Assembly: GCF_030028105.1 (NCBI RefSeq)
Contig: NC_092399.1
Location: 32,508,881 to 32,572,880 of the forward strand
Direction: 5' to 3'
DNA: 64,000 nucleotides
Source: Mobula birostris
Lineage: Eukaryota
Shown: piece by piece, positions 47,152 to 59,490 of the stretch
How the letters are laid out: each line of letters begins with the position of its first letter
How positions within the stretch are numbered: position 1 is the stretch's first letter
The notes under the pieces: model-generated
Databases searched by the model: none
Seen by the model: the letters and a program-made list of their open reading frames with translations, nothing else
What the model was told of the DNA's origin: nothing
Made by a program: the position numbers and the translations under genes

Positions 47152-49602
47152 AGCAGTCACCTATTCACCAAACCACCATCAGGGAGATGCTACAAATCCA
47201 TTACCACCAGGACTACACATTACCTCCAAAGTTTCTTTCCGGTAGCTCTCCAGCTTCTTAACAGAACTCACTCAGGTGGAATACTCTAACTGTTCCTGCT
47301 CAACATCAGTTAAACGGTCTTTACTGACCTCCTTGTTCTGTCAATAATTATCTCGTCTGTTCATACGTTCACGCTTTTTAAAATTTGATTATTGACATTT
47401 GCACTAATTCATGGCTGTTTGCACTATTGTTTTGTAAATTGTTTGTTGCTATTGTGTTGTCTGTTATGGTTCTGTCCTGTGTTTTATGTTTTGTGCCGAA
47501 CCACAATCAATTCTGGTATGTTCCATGATCTGGCAATAAAGTGATTCTGATCTTGGGAGAAGGTTCTAGAGAATGTGACCAGATGCAAAGTCACAATTTT
47601 TTTCACATGCACACAATGTTGCTGGCATTGTGTAGGTAGACATCATTGATAAGGAAACAGAATAGGATTATTTTTTTTCTCTTTCCAGATAGCAGGCACA
47701 GGGATCGGTGTCAGGGCCCCAGCTGTTCTCAAAACACCTATAGTAATTAGTTGGATGAGGAAACTAAATACAGGTGGGATGTAAGTAGTGAGGAGGATGT
47801 AGAAGTTCCAATGTGAGTTGGACAAGTTGGATAAATTGGGCAAATATATCGCAGGTGAAGTACAATATTAGGTCCTCCGTTTTGGTTCAAAAAAACAGAA
47901 CTGCAGATTACTGTCCCAAAGGTGATAGACTGGGACAGAGGAAGTTGCAACAGGAAAATCAGGTATCCTTGTGTACAGGTGCATGAAAGCATCTATTCAG
48001 ATGAAACATGAAGCTCATATGCTTGTGGCAGGAGTTTACATTTACATTTACATCATTTATTATTGTAATTTGTCCTTTACTGTGCATATTGTCTTGTTTG
48101 TTAATTATTGTACTGTCTTGCACTGTTTTGTGGACTTTATGTAGTCCCATGTAGGTCTGAAGTCTAGTGTAATTTTGTGTTGTTTCACGTAGTCTAGTGT
48201 GGTTTTGTGTTGTTTCATGTAGCACCATGGTCCTGGAGGAACGTTGTTTCGTTTTTACTGTGTACTGTACCAGCAGCTTATGGTCAAAATGACAATAAAA
48301 GCGACTTGACTTGACTTGACATACGGTCAAGGACATGGCGATGCCTCAAAAAGGTGGCTCGGGTCGTTAAGGACCCCCATTACCCAGGACCCGCTCTCTT
48401 CGTATTACTACCACCAGGGAACAGGTACAGGAGCTGAAGGTACACACTCAATGTTTTAAGAACAGCTTCTTCCCCTCCACCATCAGATTTCTGAATGGGC
48501 AATGAACCGACCCATGACACTACCTTCCTCTCTTTGCGCTACTTATTTAATATTTTATATGCATTAAAATGTCTTATTGTAATTTATAGTATATTTTATG
48601 TATTGCCACAAAACAGATTTCATGCCATGTGCCTGTGATTCCGATTCGGAATCACACTGTGATGCGGCTGCACAGGGCCATGATGAATGCCCATTCAGAT
48701 GTTTGTCTGCAGTTTGAATGCTTTCATTTGGGGAGGGACTCACTTGCCATGGAGGGAGGGCAAGGGAAGTGTGCTGGACAGATTCCTCGGATAACACAAA
48801 CACGAGAAAACCTGTAGATGCCAGATGCCTGCAGTGTGTGTTCCTCGCATAGCAGTGTTGGTGTATGTGGACAGACTGGGTTCATTAGGCTTATATTTAT
48901 TGGTGTTAGTGAGGGGAATTACATGGTATACGTACTATAAAATTCCAGTTGGAGTACCTGGCTGGAGAGTCCCAGGGTTGTAGCATATGGGGATAAGACA
49001 GACAGACATAGGAGCAGAATTAGGTCATTTGGCCCATCAAGTCTGCTCTACTATTCCCAAATAGCTGATTTATTATCTGTCTTAGCCCCATTCTCCTGCC
49101 TTCTCCCCATAACCTTTTACCTCCTCAATAATCAGGAACCTATCATCCTCCACTTTAAATCACTTAACACTCTCTAAAAAAAAACCTGCCTCTGACATCC
49201 TCCTCTACACTTTCCATTCATCTTAAAAGTATGCCCTCTTGTATTAGCTATGCCACTCTAGAAAAGGGTCTGCTCTATCTGTGTCTTTTGTACACCTAGA
49301 ATATAGAACATAGAACAGTAGTCCCTTCGGCCCACGTTGTGCCGACTCTAAGATCAATCTTACCCTTCCCTCCCATATAGCTCTCCTGTCATCCATAAGC
49401 CACTTTTATCAAATCTCCATTCATCGTCCTTCACTCCAAAGAGAAAAGCCCTAGGTCAGTAGTTTACCATCTTCACCGAGAGGCACTGATTGAGGAATTG
49501 GGAATAATTACAATACTTCCTCATCCACTTAGAATGGAGATCAGGTTAAATCTGTCCACCCTGATATGTTATTTTCTCTCCCTGTCTGTTTCCAGATAAC
49601 AG

Positions 49603-49880
49603 GGGTGGCACTGTAGCGTAGTGGCTAGCACATTGCTTTACAGTACCAGAGACCCCGGTTCAATTCCCACTTCTGCCTGTAAGGAGTTTGTATGTTCTCC
49701 TCGTGACCACGTGGGTTTCCTCCCACAGTCCAAAGGTGTACTGGTCGGTAGGTGAATCGGTTGTTATAAATTGTCCTGTGATTAGGCTGGGATTAAATGG
49801 GGGGGTTTGCTGGGCAGTGCAGCTCGAGGGGCCGGGAGGACCTACTCCCAACTGTATTTCAATAAGTAAATCAATAAACT
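49603..49880 (+). mobile_element. tRNA-derived SINE, near full length
   Basis: A box tagcgtagtgg, B box ggttcaattcc, 3' A-rich taaa repeats; relatives at 37750-37950 (-), 59765-60070 (+) and 60940-61235 (-). Confidence 0.85.
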
Positions 49881-52172
49881 TTGAACCACAGCCAACCCAA
49901 ATTTACCCTTGGAGAGATATCCCCGTTTCCACCCCCCCCCCCCCCCCCCCGCAGCATAGCAAGCTACTTGCCTCCCTTCCGGATGCGATCGAGGATCTTG
50001 GTCCTGAAATTTTACCTCTGTTTCCCTTTGTGCAGACTCACCCTGATTCTCTGAGTATTAGTGTGTTTCCTTTCAGATTTGAAGCACCTGCCGATTATTT
50101 TTTTTAAATTTTGACCTTATATCAGGACAGGCCTGATCTGATACAAAAAAGAAAATCCAGTTCTCTGAAATTGTTGGATTCAATATTGTCCCAAGAGGTG
50201 GCAGCAGCTTTGAAGAAATATGAGATCCTTTTCCTCAAGTTTATGCTTAGCCTGGTTGGATGGTTCAGGAGCCCAAAAGTAGAAAAGTTGGAGTGAGAGT
50301 GGTTTGAGGAATTGACAAGTGGAAGCTCCCAGTAAATCTCACACACTGAGTGGAAGTGTTTCAAAGTGGTCACTCAATACACATTTGATATTATTGTCAA
50401 AGTTACTTCAACCATTACCCAGCACGACCCTTTGCTAAGAGAAATTGGTCCTTCCTACATATAACCTCAGGGAAATCTCTCCATAGACCTCTATTCCAAA
50501 GAAAACAACTCCATATAACTAAAATCTTTACTAGACTCACAGATTCAGGCTCGGATTTATTTTTTAAATAAAGCTCACAATAGAATGCATTATTTGCGTT
50601 AGCCGCCAACACAGCTAGGGTTGTGCTGGGGGCAACCCACAAGTGTTGGCAGCGTAACATACCCAGCATGCTTGACAAAGCCACTCTGAACAGAACAACA
50701 AAGCAAAACAATCCCCCTTCCTTCCCCTCACCCAGCCGCACGCACAGTCAGTCCTCGAACCGCAGAGCAGTCCTCTAGTCTCCAGTCTTTGGCCATCAGG
50801 CTTTCACTTCTTGGCTTCCGCTCAATGTCCAGGCTCTGATTTTCAGTATCCCCCAGACGGGCCGATGATGGGACCCCAAACTCCAGGTACCCCGACTGAC
50901 AGGCTCCTGGGTCTCCTTGTACCTCCTGCTCGCAGGGACCCTTCCAATCCTGGGACCCACCGACCTGGGACAGCCTGACCTCCTCAGATGTTCTTTGTCA
51001 CCCGGCCACGTCACTGGCCTTTGAGTGTGAAGTGGAGTCCTGGACCCCTTCATCCATGTCCACATCAGAGAACTGAGACTGGCCAAGTCGAGTAGAAACA
51101 GAACCAGCCACTCTATATGCAGTCAACTCATGGCAGCCAAAGTCATGTAGGAACTTCCTCATTATAACACAGGCAGTAAACTCCACAGATAGCAGGTATG
51201 GGATATGTTTTGACCTTGCTGCCAACGTGCATTGTTGACAAGGGAGTTCAACCACCTGGAAGTCCTAAACCAGCTCCATTCCTAAGACAGCAGGTTAACT
51301 GATGTGGAAATATTCCACCAGACCTGAGACATGGGGCCCCAGAAAGAAGCAGACCACACAGCACCTCTCCACGAGAATGGCCCCTGTATGGTGCCAGAGC
51401 ATCCCAGGGTCAACTGGAAGCATCAAAGTGCATTTGACATTAGGGACAAATATCATTTTGCTGGATGGAAATGGAAGAATCTAATGTGATGGGTGTGATT
51501 TGTACAATGTTAAACAGGCACCAGCTTGCGGCTTTACAGGCAACATTGACTCCATTTTAGAGGCACTGTGTACTGTAGGAAGAGCGATGACCCCCCCCCC
51601 TTAGTACTATGTATTGACCTGTTTTCTGCACATGCGCTGTTGGCTATGGATGCGCTTTGCTCTCTCCCTTATTGCAAGGTGAATACACCAGTTAAAGCCA
51701 TCTCCCACGTGCGTGCTTTTGTTTAATTGATATTTAGTTGTGTACATACTCAACAAATTGGCAACGAGTATGAACCCAAATGCCAGAGAATATCATGAAC
51801 TGCACTGACAGTTACGGGACGAAACAGCGAGAGTTAAACAGCACGAGAAGGCCGTCAACAGACGCCAACAAACGTGTGAGTAACAGTGAGTGACGCACTG
51901 AATTTAAAGTGAAAATAATGTGGCACTGGCTTCAGTCGGGAAAGTTGACGAATTTGATAGCACTAATGAAGGTTGAGAGTTGTATATCGAGAGGGTAGAA
52001 CCGTATTGTAACATGAACAATGTGGAGGAGCAAAAGGGAGTCCCCATGTTTCTTAACTCAATAGGCCCAAGAATGTACAGTTTCTTACGCAACTTAGTAG
52101 CCCCTGAAAAGCCGGCAAGCAAGGCATTCAACAAAATTGTTACAATTTTACAAAATCACTTGTGCCCTAAAC

Positions 52173-53374
52173 CAGAAGTCCCCAACCTTTTTTTGCAACG
52201 CGGACCGGTTTCTTATTGACAATACTCTTGCGGACCGGCCGACGGGTCGGGGGGGGGGTGTGGTTAGGGTTGCCGACGGACAAGAGTAGCAGTCGATTAC
52301 GTTGTGTTTACCCCGAGAAAGACCACAATGACCATGAAGCCTTACGCGGGCACCAGTGCACATGCATGACTTGCGTATGTGTGTACGTGCCGATTTTTTT
52401 CTACAAATCGTTTTTGGCGTTCTGTTCGGGGGGTAGGAGTGTTAATCACGACCGGAATATAGGTGATAAGTGGCTAATACACTCAATTTCGTTTCTAAAA
52501 GGGTTTATCTAATGAGTTTAATATTAAACACAGCGCATATTTTCCTCGCATGAATATAATGATACGTCAATTATCAGGGGAGCTTGAAGTAAGTGTTGAA
52601 CGAACTTCCAGTAGAATTGGTAGAGGCAGGTTCGATATTATCATTTAAAGAAAAATTGGATGGGTATATGGACAGGAAAGGAACGGAGGGTTATGGACTG
52701 AGTGCAGGTCGTTGGGACTAGGTGAGAGTAGCGTTCGGCGCGGACTAGAAGGGCCGAGATCGCCTGTTTTCCATGCTGTAATTGTTATATGGTTACATAA
52801 GTCAGTTATAAGTCAATAGCATCATAACATTTTAAGTAACATTTGGATATTAAACACACAGCACTAATTTTCTCCATATGAACATATAAAATCACTGCAA
52901 CACACCAATATCACTGAATCAGTGGGAGCCCTGGGCTTGTTTCCCTGCAACAAGACGGTCCTATCGAGGGGTGATGGGAGACAGCGATACTTGAAGGGTG
53001 TTCCTTATGTCCAGTCTATTCCACAATTTAGTTCTCGTTGCATTCATTGCAGAGATATGCTAGAAATGGAAGCAAAGTTTTCAGTGCTTTCGTGGCTATC
53101 TCAGGATATTCAGCCTTGACTTTGATCCGGAATGCAGGCAGAGATGTTATGTCAAACATACTTTTCAGCCCGCCGTCATTTGCAAGCTCGAGGAGTTGAT
53201 CTTTTTCCCGCGCTGACGTGGATGACGCGCGGGTAATGACCTCGCATGCGTAATGGCTCAACAGTGGGCGTGACAGAGAATGAGGAAAGGTGCAGCTGAC
53301 TCCATCGCCAAATCATATCGTCTCCTCGCGGCCCGGTAGCACATGCTTTGCAGCCCGGTGGTTGGGGACCGCTG
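52173..53374 (-). mobile_element. Non-autonomous Charlie/Buster-type hAT inserted in Gypsy gag
   Basis: TIRs cagaagtccccaacc and ggttggggaccgctg; 8-bp TSD ccctaaac/ccctagac; transposase C-terminus AEYPEIATKALKTLLPF on - strand. Confidence 0.93.
52585..52797 (+). mobile_element. CR1 3' end inside the hAT element
   Basis: NELPVELVEAGSILSFKEKLDGYMDRKGTEGYG plus tail ctgtaattgttatatggtta. Confidence 0.85.
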
Positions 53375-56300
53375 CCCTAGACCACTGGTAATAGCTGAGA
53401 ATGTAGATTTTACAAAAGGAACCGGTCAAAGGATGAAAGCATGAATACATTGCAGAACAGCGCAAACTTTCCCAGTACTGTGACTTTAGAGATGGACTTT
53501 CTGATGCATTAAGGGACAGGCTTATATGTGGCATGCATAATCAAAGCACTCAAAAGAGGCTGCTGTCCGAAAGAGGCCTAAACTTAGAATGGGCATTGAC
53601 CATTGCAGTATCATTACAGACTGCAGCAAGGGATGCAGCAGAACTATGGAAATTGAGGTTAGAATATGAAATGCACAAAATTTTCCTGAATTGTGCAAAA
53701 AGCTAAAAATGTTATCGATGTGGCAAATCCTCCCATGATGCAAATGACTGTTGGTTCAAAGAAAAAGTCTGAAGAAAGTGTCACAAACAAAATCACATAG
53801 AAGGAGTGTGCAAGGCAGACAAAACTGAGCAAAAAGTCTCAAACGCAAAACAAAGCAAATGCATTAAGTTACCAGATGTAAAGCGGAATCAGACAACATA
53901 GAGTCTGACAAAGGTGAACTGTCATGCCTAGAACTGCAAATTATTACTGAAGCAGTAATATGAATCACAATAGATGTGTCTGGTGTGAAACTGAAAATGG
54001 AGACGGATACAGGGTCAGCCTTGTCTGTAAATCCAGAGGCTGACTACAACAGACTGCTTTCTAAGATACCATTTGAGGAGACCTCAGTGATGCTAAAGAC
54101 TTACACAGGTGAAAAAGTGTCCCACAAGACAAACTGAAAGTGAAGGTAGTCTGTGGAGGCCAAACACAGCAGTTAGAGCTTTATATATTGAAAAGTGGAG
54201 GGCCAGCACTTTCCGGATGTGAATGGTTGAGAAAAATCCAACTAGACTGGCTCTCAATCAACGCTCTCAGTGTGGCATCAACAGGCAACGGCAGCCCAAA
54301 TGGTAGCACTAACTGTCACAGCTGCTTAATGCTCATGAGAAGGTGTTTGAGACGAGAATAGGTAAACAGATTGAAGAATTGGCCAAAAGCTGTTCAGAAT
54401 GCCAAAAAGTTCAAAATGTACCCCCGTAGGATCATTACACCATGGCAAAGAGTGGCCGTCTTCACCATGGCAAAGAGTACACATTGACTTTGCTGGGCCA
54501 TTCATGGACTCCATGTTCCTGATTGCTGTGGATGCTTATTCGAAGTGGCCGGAGGTTAATACTAATGAAACCAACCACGTCAGCAAGGACGGTCTCCGCC
54601 CTGAGGACTACCTTTGCCAGAAACGGCTTCCCAGAACAAATTGTGAGTGACGACGGACCACAATACACATCAGTAGAATCAGACCATTCATGAAGAAAAA
54701 AGGCATCAGACATTTCAAGACAGCTTCTCACCGCCGTGCAACAAATGGGATAGCTGAAAGGTTTATCTAAACCTTCAGGAATTCCATTAAAATGATGGAC
54801 GAGGAGGACATTTCTGTACAGCACAAGGTGGACAACTTCCTTTTCATGTATTGGGACTCGGTTCATGCGACGACAAATCAAACACCTGCAATACTGTTCA
54901 TGAGCAGGAATCTGAGATCTCGCGTAGACCTCCTGAAACCAGAATTCCCGGGGGAAGTACAGAATAAACAGTTCAGCCAGTTGCCAACTGAAACAGCAAG
55001 GAGCTTCGAGATTAGACAGGAGCTCGTAGCGTGGGATTACCGAGTAGACAAGCAGACACCTGGTAAGATAGCTACGAGAAATGGACCAGTGATGTACACA
55101 GTGGATGTTGGAGATCAGACATGGAGACTGGGTGCTCAACTGAAGAACACAGCTGAGTCAATTGCATCCAACAAGACAGATACATTACAGTCGCTGGACT
55201 TACCTCTCACTGATGGTCATGTCACTGACGGCAACAGGACACTGGAAACCGAGAATGTTGTCTTAGACAAGAGAGCTACGAAACCTGATGTCACTCCACA
55301 GGCCCAGAGGCATTACCCTGAAAGAAACAGAGCACCATCCAAAAGGATGAAACTTTAGAATAGTGAAGTTAGTTATGGACCATTATTGTGAAAGCATGTT
55401 TATTTGGAATATGGTTTATGTAAAGGAAATTGTATGTTTTGTACATATACAGTTTTATGTTGTATTAATCTAAAGGGGGGGAGTATAATGTATGGATCTA
55501 TTTCTTATAGAGCAATGACACCCCCTTAGCACTACATATTGATCTGTTGTCTACACATGCGCTATTGTCTACGCATGTGCATTGCCCTCTCTCTCTCTCT
55601 CGTTGCAATGTGGATACGCCAGTTAAAGCCATCTCCCATGTGTGTGCTGTTATTTAATTGCTATGTAGTTGGGCACATACACAACACACAGGACACATTG
55701 TGAAAATCCAGCTACGTTGCAGCATTGTATACAATAGACCAGATATTAGTCTGACAGTGATATTCACTCCGCTGTGCTGGTGTAAGGGTTGGAAGGAATG
55801 CTATGTGAGGTGATGGCAAAGGTCTGGTGATGGAACTTCATGGGCAAAACCAGGTCAGAATCTGTAAGCTCAATTATATCAATTAATTTTGACTCATGTT
55901 TCATATCTTTAAACCATGCAGCAAACATGAAACAACAATACTGAAAGGATTCTTCAGAACAAGTACTGGATGATGGATATGGATCAACGCCAGAACCCTT
56001 TTCTAAGGCCTTATTGCAATTAAAGCTAACTGGTTTTGTTAATAAAGTTACTTCCTAGAGTTACTTCTGCCGTTACTCAGCATGACTTCACCTCCTGATG
56101 GGTGAATCAGGAGTTGCGTATCCATAACTTAACTGTTTTCTTCTGAAATGATTACAGGCCTAACTTGTCCAACCATTCCTCATACAACAATCTTTTCATT
56201 CCAGGTATCAGTCAGGTACACCTTTTCCAAACTGTTTCCAACATATTTATACTGTTCCTTAAATAAGGATATCAATGTTATACACAGTATTCCAGATACT

Positions 56301-56578
56301 ATCCCACCATTATCCAACAGAACTGAAACATGATCTCCCTATTTTTTTGTACTCAAGGGAGGCAGGTGTTATGTTCTTTATACGTATTGTGGGTTACTAA
56401 GAACAAACCATATTCTGGAAGAATTAAAACTAGAACTTTTATTTACAACAGTAAACAGCAATCACATTTTATCAGACAAGTTTCTCGATCATTCTGTCAT
56501 TTCTGTGCATGCTCCGAACTCTGTCCAATCACGTCCTAACATGTGACATGTGATATCACCACAGCAGGGAACAAAAAA

Positions 56579-56579
<1 letters not shown>

Positions 56580-56637
<58 letters not shown>
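56580..56637. repeat. Compound microsatellite (TG)n(AG)n
   Basis: Directly visible. Confidence 0.98.
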
Positions 56638-56889
56638 GGAATAAAGGATTCAGAGAGAGTACGGTATACAAAGAATGAGTGGAAGTGAGTGAAAAGATGT
56701 CCAAGAGAGAAATAGAGCATATAACAAGAGAGAGAGAGATAGAAAGGGGGGAAAGCAAAGAGATAGTGGGAGAGTTACACAGAGATGCAGAGGAGGGGTG
56801 AAAGACAGAGGAGAGAAAAGGCAGTAGAAAGGCTCTACTCCTCATTCAAAGTCCAGCGACATGGATGGGCGATGAAGAACATTCTCAGT

Positions 56890-57280
56890 CCAGGCCTCTG
56901 CTCCATGGTCGGAGGCCAGTGACCACAAGCAAAAGGCCCCGAGGGCCCACCGGCTGGTGCGCCCAGAGTTCGGGCTCCCACCATCCGTTGGTCCAAGGGT
57001 GGATACTGAAGATCAGAGCCCGACGGTCAATCAGCGGTTTGGAAACAGAAGCCGGGAGACCGGAGGAGTGTGGGTGGATAGAGCGGAGGAGGGGGGCTTG
57101 TTTTATTGCATGTTGTGTTCTGTGCTGTCTGCCAAGCACTGTAGGCATGCTACATTGGCACTGGAATGTGTGGCAACACTTGCAGGCTGTCGCCAACACA
57201 TCCCTGTTGGCTGTTAATACGAAAAATGCATTTCACTCTAAGTTTCAATATACATGTGATAAATATGTCAATCTAAATCT
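56890..57280 (+). repeat. Unclassified dispersed repeat; related reverse copy at about 50545-50900
   Basis: Shared GC-rich head and a gggcatgct...aatgcattt...tgataaata-type tail also found on SINEs at 59940-60070. Confidence 0.55.
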
Positions 57281-58084
57281 AACTAGTAAAGTTATTATTA
57301 ACGGAAACTGAAGTTAAAATATAACGAAAGGATGACGAGGAGGATTCTGTTAACATTTTTGGCAGTAGGAGCTCGACTGAAGTGGATGGACACTTTGGTG
57401 AACTGTTATGCAACAACAGTAGCAGTGAGAATCTTCCATACAAATGTCACCTGTACAGCAAATATTCAGCAGTTTTTGAAAATGACTTGTTAACACACTG
57501 AGTAATGGAAGAAAGACATTAATTATCCGGGTCGAAAGCCCTCAAGTAAATGGCAAACCATCTGCACAGAAATGGGAAGAATGCTCTAATGAGCATCATG
57601 GAAATTATGTGAGTATGTAACTCCTTCTCTTCAGCAATACTGCTTGGATTAATTCTCAGCACTTTCAAAATGTTGTGGACTAATGTGACTTGTGTGCACT
57701 AATTCTGCCAGCTGCATGCTGAAGCTCTTCTGTGTTTTGAAAGAATTGAGAAAATAGCTGGAGGTTTGATTGTGTGTTATTAGCAATTAAAACTAACACC
57801 TATTGATAAATACTGCTGAAAATGGAAAAGCACTGAGAACTGAACAAAAAAGAAAATAAAAGAAAAATGGGAAGTATCTTGAACTTAAAGCTTTGATGAA
57901 ATCTATGAGGTTATAAATAAGGTACCCAGAAACTGGATGATTGCTAAGTAGGGTTGTTAACATGTGCATGCTAATCAGGGTAGAGCTCAGGTACTCCTCT
58001 ACAGTGCAACTGTGCTATGACAGATTGCGCAAGTCCTGGCAATAATACTTAAATTTAGTGCAGCCCATACTTAAAAGAGGAGCT

Positions 58085-58415
58085 GTGGACAGGATGTTTC
58101 CTATGGTGGGAGAGTCTAGGACCAGAGGGCGCAGCCTCAGAATAGAGGGACATCCCTTTAGAACAGAGATGGGGAAGAATTTATTTAGCTAGAGTGTGGT
58201 GAATCTGTGGAATTCATTGCCATAGGTGGCTGTGGAGACAAAGTCATTGGGTATATTTAAAGCATAGATTGATAGATACGTTCTTGATAAGAAGAGGCGT
58301 CAAAGGTCTTGGAGAGAAAGCAGGAAATGGGGCTGAGAGGGATAATAAATCAGCCATGATGGAATGATGGAGCAGACTCGATGGGCCGAATGGCTTAATT
58401 TGGCCCTATGTCTTG
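58085..58415 (+). mobile_element. CR1 3' fragment
   Basis: RMFPMVGESRTRGRSLRIEGHPFRTEMGKNLF plus 3' UTR. Confidence 0.88.
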
Positions 58416-58942
58416 TGCTTCACTGGCCTACTTTCTTGCACTAACTTTTGTGATTTCTAATCCTTAGTGGGCACTCTCCCTTAAACCACATAATCTCTGC
58501 ACTTCTTGTTTTTTTCAAACATCTCTTTATTGCTTTTACAGAATGAAACGAAAGCACATTAGATCATCCATAGGTTTGACACAGGGGGATTAAAGGGCAG
58601 GCCGTCTGCTCCACTGCCCATGACCTAGCCGTCATCATGAATGAGTTGGAGTGGAGAAGGAACGTCCTCCATACCGGGGTTGCCAGGTGGCCACTAGCAG
58701 CCAACATCAAGAGGAGCAGATAGAACGAGGGATCTGAACTTTCAGATGCAGAGGCTTCACATTGGGGCACGGCAGAAACTGCTGACACCATCTGAAAAGA
58801 TACATCTTGATAGGTGATCTTCACTCCTCATCTGTGCTGTCTTCAGCTATAACAATCAATCCCCCCCTCCCACCCCCGGAGTAGTTCTTCATTGTTTCTA
58901 TTGTGTTTCTTGTCTTTATTGTGATTGCCTGCAAGAAAGCTC

Positions 58943-59490
58943 ACCTCTGTCCCAGGATACTGACAGACTTTTACCGCTGTATCATTGAGAGCATACTCAC
59001 CAAGTGCATCTCAGTGTGGTATGGCAATTGTCCCGTATCGGGCCGCAAAGCATTCCAGCGGGTGGTGAAAACTGCCTAGCAGATTATCGGCACCCAGTTG
59101 CCCTCCATTGAGAACATCTGCCACAAACGCTGCCTGGGCAGGGCGAAAAGCATTATCAAGGATGCATCTCACCCTGGACTTTTTACTCTTCTCCCATCCA
59201 GTAGGCGCTACAGGAGCCTCCGCTCCTGCACCAGCAGGCTCAGGAAGAGCTTCTTCCCCGAGGCTGTGACCCTGCTGAACCTCACATCACAGCGCTAAGC
59301 AGTATTGCACCCATATTGTACTGTCTCAGTACTTTTATATTTGTGTGCTGTAGCACTTACTTTTTATTCACGGTTATTTTGTAAATAATACTATTCTTTT
59401 GCACTTTGGGTCAGATGCTAACTGCATTTCATTGGCTTTGTACCTGTACTTGGCACAATGACAAAAAAGTTGAATCTAATCTAAGCTAAT
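58943..59490 (+). mobile_element. Rex1-like 3' fragment
   Basis: FYRCIIESILT...LPSSRRYRSLRSCTSRLRKSFFPEAV; tail gaatctaatctaa. Confidence 0.85.

Larger units (their letters stand above)
51569..55686 (+). mobile_element. Gypsy LTR retrotransposon, RT/RNase H deleted
   Basis: LTRs 51569-51755 and 55484-55686 (both end caaca); PBS ttggcaacgag; PPT aaaggggggggag-like tract; flanks cactg/cacag; gag, CCHC (CYRCGKSSHDANDC), protease (DTGSA) and integrase (WQRVHIDFAGPF, SDDGPQY). Confidence 0.93.

Noticed and set aside
49603-49675. tRNA gene
   Set aside because: A and B boxes are present but there is no cloverleaf, and the sequence continues into a SINE body.
50111-51484. Possible host exons in coding-looking stretches
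   Set aside because: Interrupted by stops; at best faint resemblance to ancient LINE (RTE-like) remnants, too weak to call.
58543-58593. STK40-like start MKRK after a good acceptor
   Set aside because: The frame stops after 16 codons with no further STK40 similarity.
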